Positions 41,221 to 54,900 of a DNA stretch of 64,000 nt are shown here, piece after piece. A program made the position numbers and the translations under genes. The stretch's first letter is position 1, and every line of letters starts with the position of its first letter. This DNA is from Glaucostegus cemiculus (taxonomy: Eukaryota), in the NCBI GenBank assembly GCA_976551045.1, contig CDPCPM010000011.1:7130001-7194000 (forward strand), written 5' to 3'. The notes under the pieces are model-generated. The model was not told the origin of the DNA and ran no database searches. It saw only the letters and a list, made by a program, of their open reading frames with translations.

Positions 41221-41244
41221 GGCAACTGTGATGTCACAGTTGCC
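41221..41244. repeat. 24-bp near-perfect palindrome
   Basis: GGCAACTGTGA-TG-TCACAGTTGCC, with exact 11-bp inverted arms. Confidence 0.9.
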
Positions 41245-41350
41245 ATTTTTTGCATGGTAAGAGCCCACAAACATCAGTGGATGAAACACCAGTCTGCTAT
41301 ATTTTATGGTTAAATTATGCCAGTGCAGCATTCCTTCAGCATTGCATGGT
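41242..41350 (-). mobile_element. Deu-domain-type SINE remnant (SacSINE1-like), internally deleted
   Basis: aagagcccacaaacatcagtg and cagtgcagcattccttcagcattgca resemble recalled antisense consensus blocks of this shark SINE. Confidence 0.45.
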
Positions 41351-42759
41351 TACATGCAGTGGTTTTGTACAGTAATTATGGGACAAAGTTACCAACCAAA
41401 AGAAGCAAGTCAAGAAAGGTTTGAATATTAGAAGATTGAAAGCTGAAATATCTGTGAAAAATTTGAAGTTTATGATTATGCCATTCTGCGCTTATAAATG
41501 ACTTGCTGAAAATGATGACAGCTTGTTAATCAATTGTATAAATTATTCATTAATCACTATTTCTATCTCTAAAATCATCCTCTACATACGCCATTAATTT
41601 AATCATTTGTAAAACCGTGAACCTCAATAATACAATTCTGTGTAATTGGAGGCTGTAAAACGATCACCCTAAACTCTGGAGGGATGCAATTAGATTATGA
41701 TACAGCTCTGTATTCACTTTAGCTGCAAAATTCATGATGAGTCACAATGTTACTTATGACCCATTGCTGTTTGAATAAAGTCATTGTTTATAATTTTCAT
41801 TATTCATTTGCTTTCTTCCTGTTGCAGAGATTTTAGTTTCTTTTGTCGTGCTATGTGAATGTTCTCTGGGTTGTATGACAATGTGGTATGCAGATCAGTT
41901 TTAAATTTTATTTTGTTTTAATAAACATTAAATTGAAGGTGGCGAAACCAGTAAAACTAAAATGGCAACAATTTTCCTTTCCCTTGGTTCAGGAACAATC
42001 AGAGACTTAAGCTTCCCAACTGTTACCCATCCTTTCTTTATATGTTAGAATTACTATGTAAGGAGACGTTCAGATTTTTGTTGTTGTGATCACCTTTGGA
42101 AAGGTATCACAAGAGGAAGATTTGAGTAATCATGCAGGTGTTCCTAATGTTTATGTCTAAATTTCTCCCCAGCTTGACCTTGACGAAGATACCTCAAAAA
42201 CATTTAAAATTTCACTATACTAGAAATATTATTAAAACAGAGAACCTCCAGTCACAATTACCAGCAATATATACTTGAGGAAGATTGGTTTTGTTATTAC
42301 ATACTTTATATAAAATTGCAGAATTATCAGGTTGGTAACTTTCAAAACAAATATTGTCCACTTACAATATCTCAGATGAATTGTATTACATTTAAACTTA
42401 ACTAATTTGATATTTGGTTGGAATATGGTCTTTGAAGTAAGAACACCTCATGCCTATAGCACCAAATTATAGGATTCCTCAAAAGTGACACTTTATAACT
42501 CAGCTGGTTTTGATATTTAAACTATAAACAACACAGACTCAAAGGCTTAATTTTTTTTACATTGGCAGGGATAAACACAAAACCACGGACATTCCATTCA
42601 CTACAGACTCTGTAGAAGGGTTTGATCCAGACACGAATGGGAATTACTTATTAGGGCTTTGAGGTATGTTAAAAATCTTAATAGCAAAAGCTTCTTTTGC
42701 AAATGGTCTTCAGACTGTATTTTAATGTTCTTCAGATTTTTTGATTTTACTGCATGCAT

Positions 42760-42945
42760 ACCTTCCAGCAGGAGGGACTGGATAGTGATCAGCAGAGGGA
42801 ACATTGATTTCTTTCCCCCTTACTTTAGCCTAAAGCACCAAGGTCAATTGCAGCCTTGAATAAGATCATTACAGAGATAGAACATGGGATCCTTTTGAAC
42901 TACATAGCTTTCCACCATATCTTGCATTTAGCAACTGAGGACCAT
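42760..42945 (-). mobile_element. Degenerate tRNA-derived SINE
   Basis: ggatagtgatcagcagagg...gatagaacatgggatc...gcatttagcaactgag resembles an antisense tRNA-type head plus body. A similar remnant lies at ~46240-46420. Confidence 0.4.
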
Positions 42946-43439
42946 TTTATCACATTAAGAAGTCTAGGAAAAAAATGATCATGCCAGAGATTGCACAGCA
43001 CTTCAATGTCTTAACTTTGAGGTAAACTATGGGAGGGAGTAGAAAAAAATAAGTAAATTACCAAAGTTCATGCTGCATGAACTTATCGTGGCAGAACCTA
43101 CATTCAGGGCATTGTTGTTGGGTGTTCAGAAGTTTAGCTTGCACGAATGCTACTCAATAAAGTAAGAATGGTCTTTTAAACCTGGTGCCACATTCCTGTT
43201 TCCAATTGACTCAAAACAGAGCATTTTATCAAGAATGTAAAGAAAAAGGTCATTCAACAAAAGGGACAAAACAATATTTTCAATCATTCTTGTAATTTTG
43301 TGCCCAAAATTACTGATCATGTATTGAGTCACAGGTGCCGCAGATAAATGAGATGATCTCAATATAACAACTGATAGTTTCTTTATTTCCCTCCAACCAT
43401 CTCTATTGTGCTTTTCAAATAATTCATTTACTTTTGGTA

Positions 43440-45150
43440 TCTATGAACAATGTCACAGAAGTACAGACTCTATTCAGCCCATTGCCTAGTACTGCCATTT
43501 TGAAAGAAGTTCTGATTTAGTCCATGCTGCACTATTCACCGCACAACCCTTCACCCCACCCCACCACCCTCCTCCTTAACCTGCCTCCAACCAGTTTTCC
43601 CCAAAACCCACAAAATTAGCTATTATCAAGGGCATACAATCTAATTCTACAATACCTTTTAGTAGTGTGTTCCTCATGTTATTAACGCTATGTGTGAAGT
43701 CACTTCTCCTTTAGTTCTTTTGCTGATTTGTGTGCTTCAGTTCCTGGCTCAATTGCCAGAGGAATAGTTTCTCTCCACTTGCTGTCTAAACCACTCAACA
43801 TCTTGAAAACCTTCATTAGTTTTCCTTACAACCTTCTCTAACTAGGGAGGCCACTCCCAGATCTTTCAAAATCTCCACATAACAATTAAAAATTATCATC
43901 CTTGGTATCCTCTCCAGGATCTTGGAATTCTTCCTGGAACATGGTGCCCAGATTTTTACACAGTATTCCAACTGAGTTCTAACCACTAATTTGGACAGAT
44001 TTAGCATGAATTCCAGGATTCCAGATTTAATTATCAAATATTAAAGCCAGATATTTTTTGTTGATTGGCTTGTGAACTTACCCTGTCAACTTCTACTATT
44101 TGTGTAGGAAAAACTCCAGATTGTCTACTTTTGAACTCTGTGCTAAAAAGTACCATTGGTGTTCTCCCAAAGTTCTTTACACTTATGTGCATAACATTGC
44201 ATCTGACACACATCTGACAATTCCAAAGCCAGAGTACAATGGGTGGAAATGATTATCCAGTAGACTTAGAATGACTGAGTTCAAGATTCTAGGCAAAAGT
44301 AGTTCTAGATTCCAAAAGTTTGTTATAAGATGCTTTATCATGTGCCTTTTGAAAGCCCCAAAGTACACCACCTACTATAATTCATTCATCAGCTCCCTTT
44401 GTTACATCAAAGAACCCAAGTTTATAGGACTCAATATGCCTTTCTCCAAGTAACTATGGTCACTAGTAGATTTTCCATCACTCACGTTAGAATGAGTGGC
44501 TTGCAATTGCAATCCATTCCCCTATTTTAACAGACACATAACATTTACAATCTTCTGTACCTCAGGCATCAGTCCCATAGCCAAGCAAGATTGAAAGATT
44601 ATGCATGGAATTGTTTCTTCAGTACCCTAACTTCTCTCAGCAAACTAAGACAATACTTCACTGAGACACAATAATATTACCAATTAATTATGGCGACCCA
44701 CTTAGTACCCCATTTTTCTCTTGTCCAGCATCTCTATTTTCCTTCTTCTCAGCTTCAACATTAAGTTAACCTTGTCTACTTGCAGAGACAGAGTGCTCAT
44801 GCAGTACCTCAGTTATGCTTTATGTTTCCCACTGGAAGATTTCTACTAATGTTCCAAACCAGCTCCAGTATTCCTTTAACTATGATTTTTAAGAATAAAT
44901 AGTTGGGTTCCTCTTATAGTTCCTTCTAATCTTTTCTCATGCTCTTTGCCTTCTTTAGATAATTTTAAGATTTCCCCACACTTTTTGGACTTTGCCTGTG
45001 CTCTCGTCTTCTACACCAGGAATCTGTCATAAACTTCCTTTTTCTGTTTTATTGTGACTTCTATTTCCTTAGTCACTCAGAAGCTCCAGCTTTGGATGCC
45101 CCACCTGTCCTCCTTGGGGCATACACTTGGTTTGTATCATATTTCTACCT
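43440..45150 (-). mobile_element. Old CR1 LINE fragment
   Basis: ORF 43816..44037 LVVRTQLEYCVKIWAP...LKDLGVASL is a decayed LVRPxLEYCVQFWAP...LGLFSL. A 3' UTR-like acagactctattcagcccat lies at ~43463. Confidence 0.7.
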
Positions 45151-45869
45151 TGAAGGGATATCATTGCTCATTAATGTCACAGGAGACATACTAGTAAAAT
45201 GGAACAAATACAAAATGCTTGAAATTGAGATTAAGGCAATGAATCAAACTGTGTTTTTGAAAACTTTTCTAACTCATTTGTGACATCAGAAATTTTCAGT
45301 TGAATTAATACCTTGCAACTTACCATTCTCCATTTCTGTTGGAACAATACAATGTTTGTTTGTGGAAGTTGAGTCACACAGCTGCTTGCAGCAGATAAGT
45401 TAAAAGTGAATTAAGGTGGCATTGGTTAACAGTGGACAGGATGGAATGCGTATAACAGCTTTCGTCCATTAGAACACTTCCAAATTACTGAAAGCAACAT
45501 AGCAATAATAACATTTTCCTATCCGCAAAGTTTGTTTTAAGGATCTTTTAAAGAAGCACATATCATAATTTTTTGAAGTACACTTCCCGCACAATTTCTT
45601 GGGTTGTGATGCCGACCATGGCCCTATCACTGACCATGGGGGTCAGTGGGAAGAAACCTATTGACAGCTTGGATGGCTGTAGCAGTTTTTGCAAAACTTT
45701 GGCACCTGCTTGTCTACCTGGGCCAGAAATTGTGATGTTGGTCTATTTGTGGTGGTTTTCAAAACCCTAGACCACACTCTCTCTCCTGAGACGTGACAAT
45801 CACTTGACTCCTCGACATTTGAACACATGACTTCTCTGGCCTGCCCCACCATAGGATAAAGTTATTGCT

Positions 45870-46175
45870 GATGTAATCTTCACCTCAAATCCACTTTTCT
45901 GCCTGTTCCTCATTGTCTTTGACTCACCCATGGTGCAGAAATGTATCCGTCTCAGGCTTGAATATTTTCAGTGATTCAGCCTCCACAGTTTTGTGGTAGA
46001 GAGTGCCAAACATTCAGAACCCTCTGAAAAAAGACATTCCTCCTCTTCTTCATCTCAAATGGGTGATCCCTTATTCTGAAACTGTGCCTGTTAGTTGTAG
46101 ATTCCATCATGAGAGAAAACATCTTCTCAGTATCCATCCTGTTAAACCTCCTCAGAATCTGTACGTTTCAAGCAT
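45870..46175 (-). mobile_element. CR1 3' fragment
   Basis: Antisense CR1 ORF2 end (cagcctccacag...cccttattctgaaactgtgcc...cctcctcagaatctgtacgtttcaa). Confidence 0.75.
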
Positions 46176-49100
46176 TTTATCCAAGTTGCAATACTGCATT
46201 TTGCGCTGTCCATGGATCTAACTTGAAATTCACATACGTGTATTTCCCAATAGTGCAGTTGGATTCAATGGGTTATAATGGAAAACACAGATTAATCTTT
46301 CCTTGCACCGTCCCAGGACATTGAGCGCAACTGCCATTCATCTACTGTCATCCCAAACAAAATAAGCAAACTCAGTGTACTACAGGAACCAAAGCAAGGG
46401 CCACCTGGGGTCATCAGGGAACCCTCTGTACTGATCTAACGGAATAATGGAAATGATAGTGTTAGATAAACAATGCACAAAGAAAGAGAATGCCATGGTT
46501 AATATCAGATTTTTGAAAACATAGAAAGCATCTTGAATCATGTGTTAAAATTGAAACTTGATGATCAAATTAAAATGCAAGTGGAATGGGTGAAAGAATC
46601 AAGTCTTTTTAAAAATGGTTATATATTTAGCAGTCCACAGATGCAATCGACTGTTAAATGCTGCATAACATTAGTCCAAATAGCTCAGGTCAATTTTCCT
46701 TCCTTAACCAACTGATGACAAGGCACATGACAAGGTGAAACAATGATGAACAAAATCTGATAGAATAATGAAATACTATAACAAACTCAAAGTTAATGAA
46801 TTGTTAGAATTTCTTAGTTATCTCTTGGTAATGTTAAACACTTATATGGTGAACATGAGTAATAAGAAATGGAAGTTATGGGATAAAACAACTGTCATAA
46901 ATCAAATTGTCATCATGGTTCATCACTTTGTCCTGAAACTCACATCCATCATACAGTAGATAAAACTTTCCATTAACATCCTCTTAGATTCTTGCAAAAT
47001 TTTAAAGGGTTGACTGTCACTGTTGAAAATATATAAATATGCATAGTTTGAACTTATATTGCAATTTGTGATTTTACTCAGATATACTCAAGTGAATAGT
47101 AATAACAATTCATTTCAAAAATCTTCAATTAAATGGATTTGATGCTAAAACATGCTTTTATGCATTGTATATTAATTAGACTGGTTTCGAATGCTGAACA
47201 TTCTTGTACTGATAGCTATGTTAATTTTACTGAATTTTAATTTTGTGCACATTTTACAAATTCATTAAATTAGCAAAATTAAGATCTTCAAGGAAGAAAC
47301 TACATTTTCTTTGGATACAGGCAATTGTGAAGAACCAATTACATTTTGTAGTATTAGAATGTGCTTCTCAAAAACATTAACCATTTTAAACATTCTTTGT
47401 GGGTGGAAAAGGATCCAGGAATGTTTTGAGTAATGTGAGCCAAGGTGTCTGTAGTTTAAAAAAAGATTTAACAAATGTAAACTATAGAGCTAGTGGTACA
47501 CCTGTGTGAAGCACACTCCCTACAATATCACAGCCATAACACTAATAAGAATTGCAAAATTCTTCTTGTTTTACGATCTGATGTAGAGCTGAAAGTAGGA
47601 ACTATTAAATCCTTCAGAGTCTAATCCTACTATTTTATCATGGAGTGTTAAACAATTATTGAAAATTATCTGATAATATGACTACAAGTATTCTGATACT
47701 TTGTTTGCTTTTATTGGCAATGGGAGGTTTTCTCAAAAGACAATTAAATCTGTGGATTGGTAGGTTAAATAAATAATGAGTTTATAGTTAAAGTGCTTTT
47801 AATTTAGCAATAGTAATTTTAGATTTTAAGTATATTGATTAATTAAGCATTCACAAATAGAAATGACTTTTCATTTCGAAAGCAACAAAGTTTAAATTAT
47901 GTTTCTTTATTTTTTTAATCTTTCTTTGGATATGTTCAGGTTATTTTCATCTTTCACTGCTAATTGGTGTGATTATTTTAGGAGTCCATTTGGATACAGT
48001 TGCAGTGGTTTTCCAAATATGTTTCATTTGTCATATTTGTTTACTTAGCACAACATTGGCTACATTAAGTACATTTATATTAATAGTCTTCACGTGCACA
48101 AAACTAAAATTCCCATGATCATATTTTTATAAAACTGTTGAATAACAGACTTTACATATCAATTTAGTCTATAATATTCAGTGAAATGGGAAAGTAGATG
48201 GATGACCATTTCTCATTATCATTTACTGTACCTTAGTAGTTGTGAGAAAATTATTTTTTGACATTCATGGCTTGTCAAGATGTTCAGGGAACAATATTAT
48301 GCTTAGAAGGTGGTAATATTTTAATTCAAGTGAAACTGCAATGAAATGATGCAGAACTACCTATTTACGTTATTGAATTAGTAACATCTTTTCACAACAT
48401 TATTAATTCTCATTCTCTTTCTCAAGTACAAACAAAAATAACTCTAAAATGCTTCACTGTGGCTTAACCAGTTTCAGCAACTTTTTTTTTCAAATGATTG
48501 AAGAAACTGAAAACCCATCAATGAAAGTGATGAAGTATAGGTTTTACATTATTTCAACTGAATTACTATTTAAAAAATGCTGGGCTTCCATACAATTTTG
48601 AAAGTACTTATCCTTATTCAGATTTTATTCTACTTTAGCCATTTTCCTTTCAATGAAGAGAAGAAATGCAAACAAATTAAAGAACTAATAACTTCTAAAC
48701 ACTGATTTTTATATTGGGAATTGTACAAATGTCAGAAAGTGGTGGATACCTGCTGGTGGGTTGAGAAACATGCCTTGTTTGTTTAATATGTCGTTTCTGG
48801 ACTCGACAAACAGGTGTAATTACCATATAGCCCTGATTAATTAGAAGTGTAAAAACAAGCTTTTTTTCCCCCCAATATACCTTTAAGCATTCCTTCCAAC
48901 TAGGAGCATTAAATAAAGGACAGCAAGATAATACTCAAAATCCCATGTTTATCTTTTCAAAGAACTAAAGGAGCTTTACAAAAGGCAAGGCATGAGGACC
49001 CATTTCAAAGAACTAACATTGTTTTCAGAGGCGTTAGAGCAGTTTGTTAGGAGATTAAAATGCAGCTTTGAGCAGTGTGTGTGAGGTTTTCTTTGTGTTG

Positions 49101-49428
49101 GGGTTGATCCTGTTGAATGTAACTTCTGTGTGTTTGCTGGTGTACACACCTGTGTTGTGCGAATGTTTTGATCTGCCAGTCCTTCTCAATCATATGACTA
49201 AAGCTAAGAATCCTTTCACACCTTTGTCCTTCTCTGTTGTCAGCTTTTGTTTATTTTCCTTGTCCTGTCACACGTGTTCCAAAAGAACTTCTCCTCAAAA
49301 GCCCTCTGTGCCAAAATGATGGGCTAATGTTTCTGCAAACAAGGGAGCTTCCACCAGCGGAAGTCCACTACGATGGCAGACAAAAGGAAAATAATCCTCT
49401 TGCCAGGTGAGCGCCCAGGCTCTTCTCA

Positions 49429-49647
<219 letters not shown>

Positions 49648-49901
49648 TCAATGGAAATGAAATCAACTGGCTAACAAATAATTGAACCATTACTCCACAG
49701 TCTTATTACTGCTCCCTACTTTGTATAGAATCCCTGCAAATGCATGGAATTGAATATATGACACAAAACCCATAACTATTAAGTAGAATGAAAGTGTCAG
49801 GAGCCTAGGATCAGTAAAATCATACAAGCCACAGTGCTACAATGGAAATGCTTATAAAAGGTGTTGTATATACCAAACATATTTATAGCTGATTAAATGT
49901 A

Positions 49902-49982
49902 CTAGACAATAGACAATAGGAGCAGAAGTAGACCATTCGGCCCTTCGTGTCTGCTCCGCCATTTTGAGATCATGGCTGATCC
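49902..49982 (-). mobile_element. Very short, well-preserved CR1 3' terminus
   Basis: Tandem tail tagacaatagacaatagg followed by agcagaagtagaccattcggcccttcg...gatcatggctgatc, with CpGs retained. Confidence 0.75.
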
Positions 49983-51654
49983 AATTTTTATTTAGTTGGT
50001 ATATCACTGCAATATTTGTTTTGCTTCTTGCACTTCATTTTATATTTAATATTCCTCTTAAAATGGTAAGTTTTAATCTGAAACAAACTCTTCTGTGGAA
50101 TGAATTTGCCAGTGTGAACTCTCAGTGCTGGAAGCATAAAGGAACTCTGACCCTTCCTTAAAAGCTGGATATCATCCTAGATAGCATCAATAAACATCTT
50201 GCTTACGCAGGTAAGATTATTGCTTGTTAAGGACCAAGTCCCCAAATGAGCTCATTAGTGCCTTTATCAAGTAACAATGCTAAAATAACTGAAAAGTGAA
50301 ATGTGTTTAGCACATTAGACTTCACAGATAATGGCTTGGAAATTCATTTGCACAGCACATGTCTTTCAAAAACTTGATGTGTGAATTGGAGTATAAAATG
50401 AGAAAATGTCCTCTCCAGAGTTGGACTGCCAGTGACGTCCCAGAAATTGAAATAAATCTCTGTGATATGACATCGCTATTACCAATCTGAGAAATAGAAT
50501 GAAAAAAAATTCTATTTACTTGTAGCTTTATTTCTTTTTCTAATGTGGACTGGATGTACTTAAAATTTTGGCTTTTGTGTTTTCAGAATAGCTGGATGAC
50601 AGCCCATAACAGGGCAGTCCAATGATAGAAAAAGAATGAAAAGGAAATTCAGGCAGTTTGATATTTTAATGTCATGCCTTTGTTTTAAAAGGGCTGTAGA
50701 CTGCTAGGAGAAATTTAAGATTAAGTGAGATTAACTGTTCTAAAAACTTTTGAGTTCTCAGATATTTCATGCTCTGTGGTTTATGAGCAACATTGAATGA
50801 TGCAGCTCTGCATTAGTGAATGGTAATCTGACTACTAATAAGGTTGGTGGGGCTCTGAGGAATGTATAATAACAGTGATTATTATATGACTGTATAGTGT
50901 ATTTAGGATCAGCTGCTAAAGGGTGACTGGTTTGAAGATTGCTACCTCTTTAACTATAGAGTTGTGAGATCGACAGCTTTGTGTGTAGAGGCTTGCCAAG
51001 CGAGAGTGGAGAGGCCCTTGGAGTAAAGTATCATATTGTGCTTCAGCTTCTGAATTTACAAGTCTGTTCAGTTCCTCGCCCACAAGGTTGTTCAAAGTAC
51101 CCAAACACAACAGACAGGTACTGAAAAAGGAAATGGTAAAATATCTGACAATTTACAGGTTGACAGGTTAGACTTTAGCAGAAGTATTTATCCTAGCCTG
51201 TCTGTCCAGTATTCCAGAAGGATCTCACCTTAAAGGGATATCTTTCAATATGCAGCTTAAATTCAGCTATGACAGAAGCAGGACCTACAAGCAGCAACCT
51301 GCCTATTTTTACAATAAAGGGCAGACACATTTTCTAGTCTTGTTAGCAGACCTCTTCTGAACAACTTAAGATCAGTTTGGTTGGATCAGTGTATTCTTTA
51401 GGTTGGAAGACCATAACTGTAATCCGCTTGACACCCAAGAAATTTAAAAGTGAATCAGAAAGTACTAACCCAGTTAGCTACAGTGTATTATCTTAAAAGT
51501 TCATCATCACTGGAGTTAAGCATTCCATAATCTTGAAGTCCTGGGAAACCCATGTTATGCAGTCAAGAACCATGGGTGAATGAAGCAGCTTTGACTTGGA
51601 AAGGATGTCCCAGTAAGTCCCCCACCTCCTTCCACTGGTTTAGGGCTTTTACAG

Positions 51655-51930
51655 CCACCCCTAAATGCCTTTGAACTGAGTGGTTTCCTAAACCATTTCA
51701 GAGGACAGTTACATAATCACTTATCTCTGGGCCTGGAATCATACCAAGAGCAGCAGATTTCCATCCCTCATAGATATTAGCAAATAAGTCATTTTTTTCC
51801 AACAATCCAGAATTTTCCTGGTCACCATTCTGATACAAAAGTTTTATTCCAGATTAATTAACTGACTTTTATTAACTAGGCTTTAAAAACATGTCTCCAG
51901 ATCATTAATTCCTGGATTATTAGTCCTTAT
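51655..51930 (-). mobile_element. Elasmobranch-type SINE (CORE/MIR-like body), degenerate
   Basis: ttgaactgagtgg...ccatttcagagg...gcagatttccatccct...ggtcaccatt...ttattccagatt...ctggattattagtcc matches, in order, a recalled shark SINE consensus. Confidence 0.6.
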
Positions 51931-54900
51931 CTCAAATAAATCAGAGAAATTAATGTCTGTGATACTGTACAATAACTGTTCTATTAAAAGCATAATCACT
52001 GTGCTTTTCAGTAATTTCATTTTGATATTAATGGTGCAATAGTTTCCATACTGTCTGTGCAGTGCCTTATTCTGATGAGTCATGGTTGTTGATTTCATAT
52101 GTTCTTTAGATCACTAGGTGCCATAGATAAAGATGTACACATTGAATGCTTGAATTGCAGACAATACAAAGTTCTTTCAACAACATGCAGGATTTATAAA
52201 ACAAAATTGTTCAAATTTCTTTACACCTGTTTACAGTGTTTGAAAGATAGTGCCTGGAGAGCAGTTCCAGGATTATTACATATTTGTAAGAACAAAAATG
52301 AACTGATGGGAATAGCAAGTAACTATAGGGAAAGCAGAGCATGAAAATGGAAATAGAAATTACCATGGTTACAAATATCAGGATTTTGATGTTTTCTGAT
52401 ACTTTGAATTGGTGTTATTGACTAGTATCTGAAGAAAGAAATCAACACTTGAATGCACTATCTTAAGATCATGTTTTCTGCTTTGAAAATTTCAAATGAT
52501 ATCTTGTTCATGGCTTGTTTGATATGTCATTCAAGCCAAGCTAAACTGATTTGATTCAAGCATCTGATAAAACTACTCCAGTTCTTTGGAAGTTATCTGA
52601 TGATTTTTTTTTGCATTTTTTTCCTGGTTCAGTTACTACAGCAGCCTGCATGTTAAGCTATCAGCCAGCTCTGGACCCTCTTTAATTACCTTGGAGAGTA
52701 CCTAAGAGTCCTCTCTCAGCTGCTCATGGCTTGAAAAACCTTCATAAAATGTCTTCTTCTATATAAAGTGGGACTATCCTGCCTGCCAGTCATTGGCACT
52801 GAGGCATAAATAATCACTCCCTGTCACAGGTCTAACACATTTCATCATCTTAATTTTAAAAAATTAACTGAAATATTGCACCATTTACATTAAAGGGAGA
52901 AAAATTCATCTTTGATCAGGACTGCCAAGTGCATGTAGATATTTGTTGTCAGTCGTACTCACCTCTGAGCATTTGATTTCATTATGAAATTGATATACCG
53001 AGGTGACTACACCAATTGACGATAGACTTGAATGTACTTGGTGCCGGTGATCAACAAGCAAGTCTATACCTACACTCATCGATCCCATCTCCAACATTTG
53101 CACCAAAGATTGCATAAAGAAATCAGCATTATTTTCCTCAATAAAACTCAAAATTTGCCTGGAAATTCATCCCTGGTTAGTATGTGCTGCACTGTAAATT
53201 AGTATTTGCACTTTGCTTCTAAATATAATCCTTTGATTTCAATAAAATGAATTTGGGAGGGAGAATACATTGCTTTAATTCGTACTAAATTATGTGTTTA
53301 ATACTATCAATCAAAGATAAATCTTTGTCAAAATCCTGGCAAATTTTTCCAATCAATTGAATGCTAAAACTTATAAATTTTACAGAGACTTAAGAGTTAA
53401 CATTTCCCTGTTAAACTGGATTTGCTACCTGGGCTGTTATAGGAAAGTGATCCTAAATTTCACTTTGAATTTGCTCCTGTGAAAATTATATCAAATTTCA
53501 TGACTCAAACCATATTGAATTCTCCTGTTTACTGAAATCATTTTTTTGTCTTTTGACATTTCCTTATGAGATATTGTTGCTTTTAAACTTACTCATTGTT
53601 GCTTATGTGCACATATTAAATACATTCAATTATCCAAGTATGACATTAAGCAACAGAGCAGCTTATCAGATACAAAATACAACTTCTGGAAATTGTTAAG
53701 AGCAAAGAAAAAGAGAGCCATCCTTCAAGCATTTACACTAATGTGCTACTCTGCGTGTAACTGCTACAGCAGATTTATACATTATTGCCTGAGCAAGTGA
53801 CTTCTGGAATGTCACAGTACTCCCGTCATCCCAGTACTGCCTTGTTATCCCACTTAACAGTCATCTCATCACCAAGTTTTCCAAAGGAAATAAAAGCTTC
53901 TTTCAACATGGAATTAATCTTGCAAATTTTAAAAGCTGTCACATGTGCACGCACAATTGGATGGTAATCAGAAGCAGAGCACAATCCAACTTTCCCCTCC
54001 CAATTTAGGGCCACAACATTTCAATAATAACATTCCTGCTACTTCCCAGCTGAAGTCTACTAACTCAGAGGTCAGACATAAGCTCTTCCGAAATACGAAG
54101 ATTCCTACTAAATCCCTCTTAGAAAGGGAAGGAATGAATGAAAGAAAAACTTCATATTTCTAACTTGTTCTAATCTAACCCAAGACAACAAGCAACAAAT
54201 TCCACAATTAATATTGATTTGTGCAGGCAATTCTATATAGATTGAAACTATTTGCAGATTAGCATAAATCCTGTATTTCCACTAACAGACCATCATTCTC
54301 CGTTGTAGACTGCATCCAAAAGTAAATTTGCTTCCATGGCGCAGGAGTGCTGTGGTTCAACATTTATTTCTAAAAAGTCCTCCATGAACCATGATGACAA
54401 CATCTTTAGTGAGCACAACATCCAATAGTTAATTTCAAAGCTGTTGTAAGCCACAATAATTAAATTCAAATCCAACTCATACTGCAGAGCTGCTATCGAA
54501 TGCACCATTGTATAGTGAATGTGTGCAACTATCTCTGGAGATGCGTGGATGGTATTCATTTATGTCAGAGTCTCTGGAGACAGCAGAGGCAATGCAGCAA
54601 TATAATTGTCAGCTTTTTCTCAGGATTTCCAGCCATACAATGTGTGTGGTATACGGACCTAGTTTGGTAAAAAGTTACATGAACTGGAATCATAAAGTGA
54701 CATAAGCCTTATCAAGTCAGACTTTATATCACTCAGGGCCAAGGCCATTATAGAGCTTCTTTGTCTTGTGGCTATATTATAATAAAGATGCATTTAAATG
54801 TCTTCATTTTTTAATTCTCCTATACAACAGTGTAATTGTAACAGGCAGTAAATTGATACCTTTCAGTCTGTACTTTGCAGTAATGTTGGAAGCAATCGAA

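Noticed and set aside
48766-48775. p53 response element (AAACATGCCT)
   Set aside because: Only one half-site; the adjacent decamers do not match RRRCWWGYYY.
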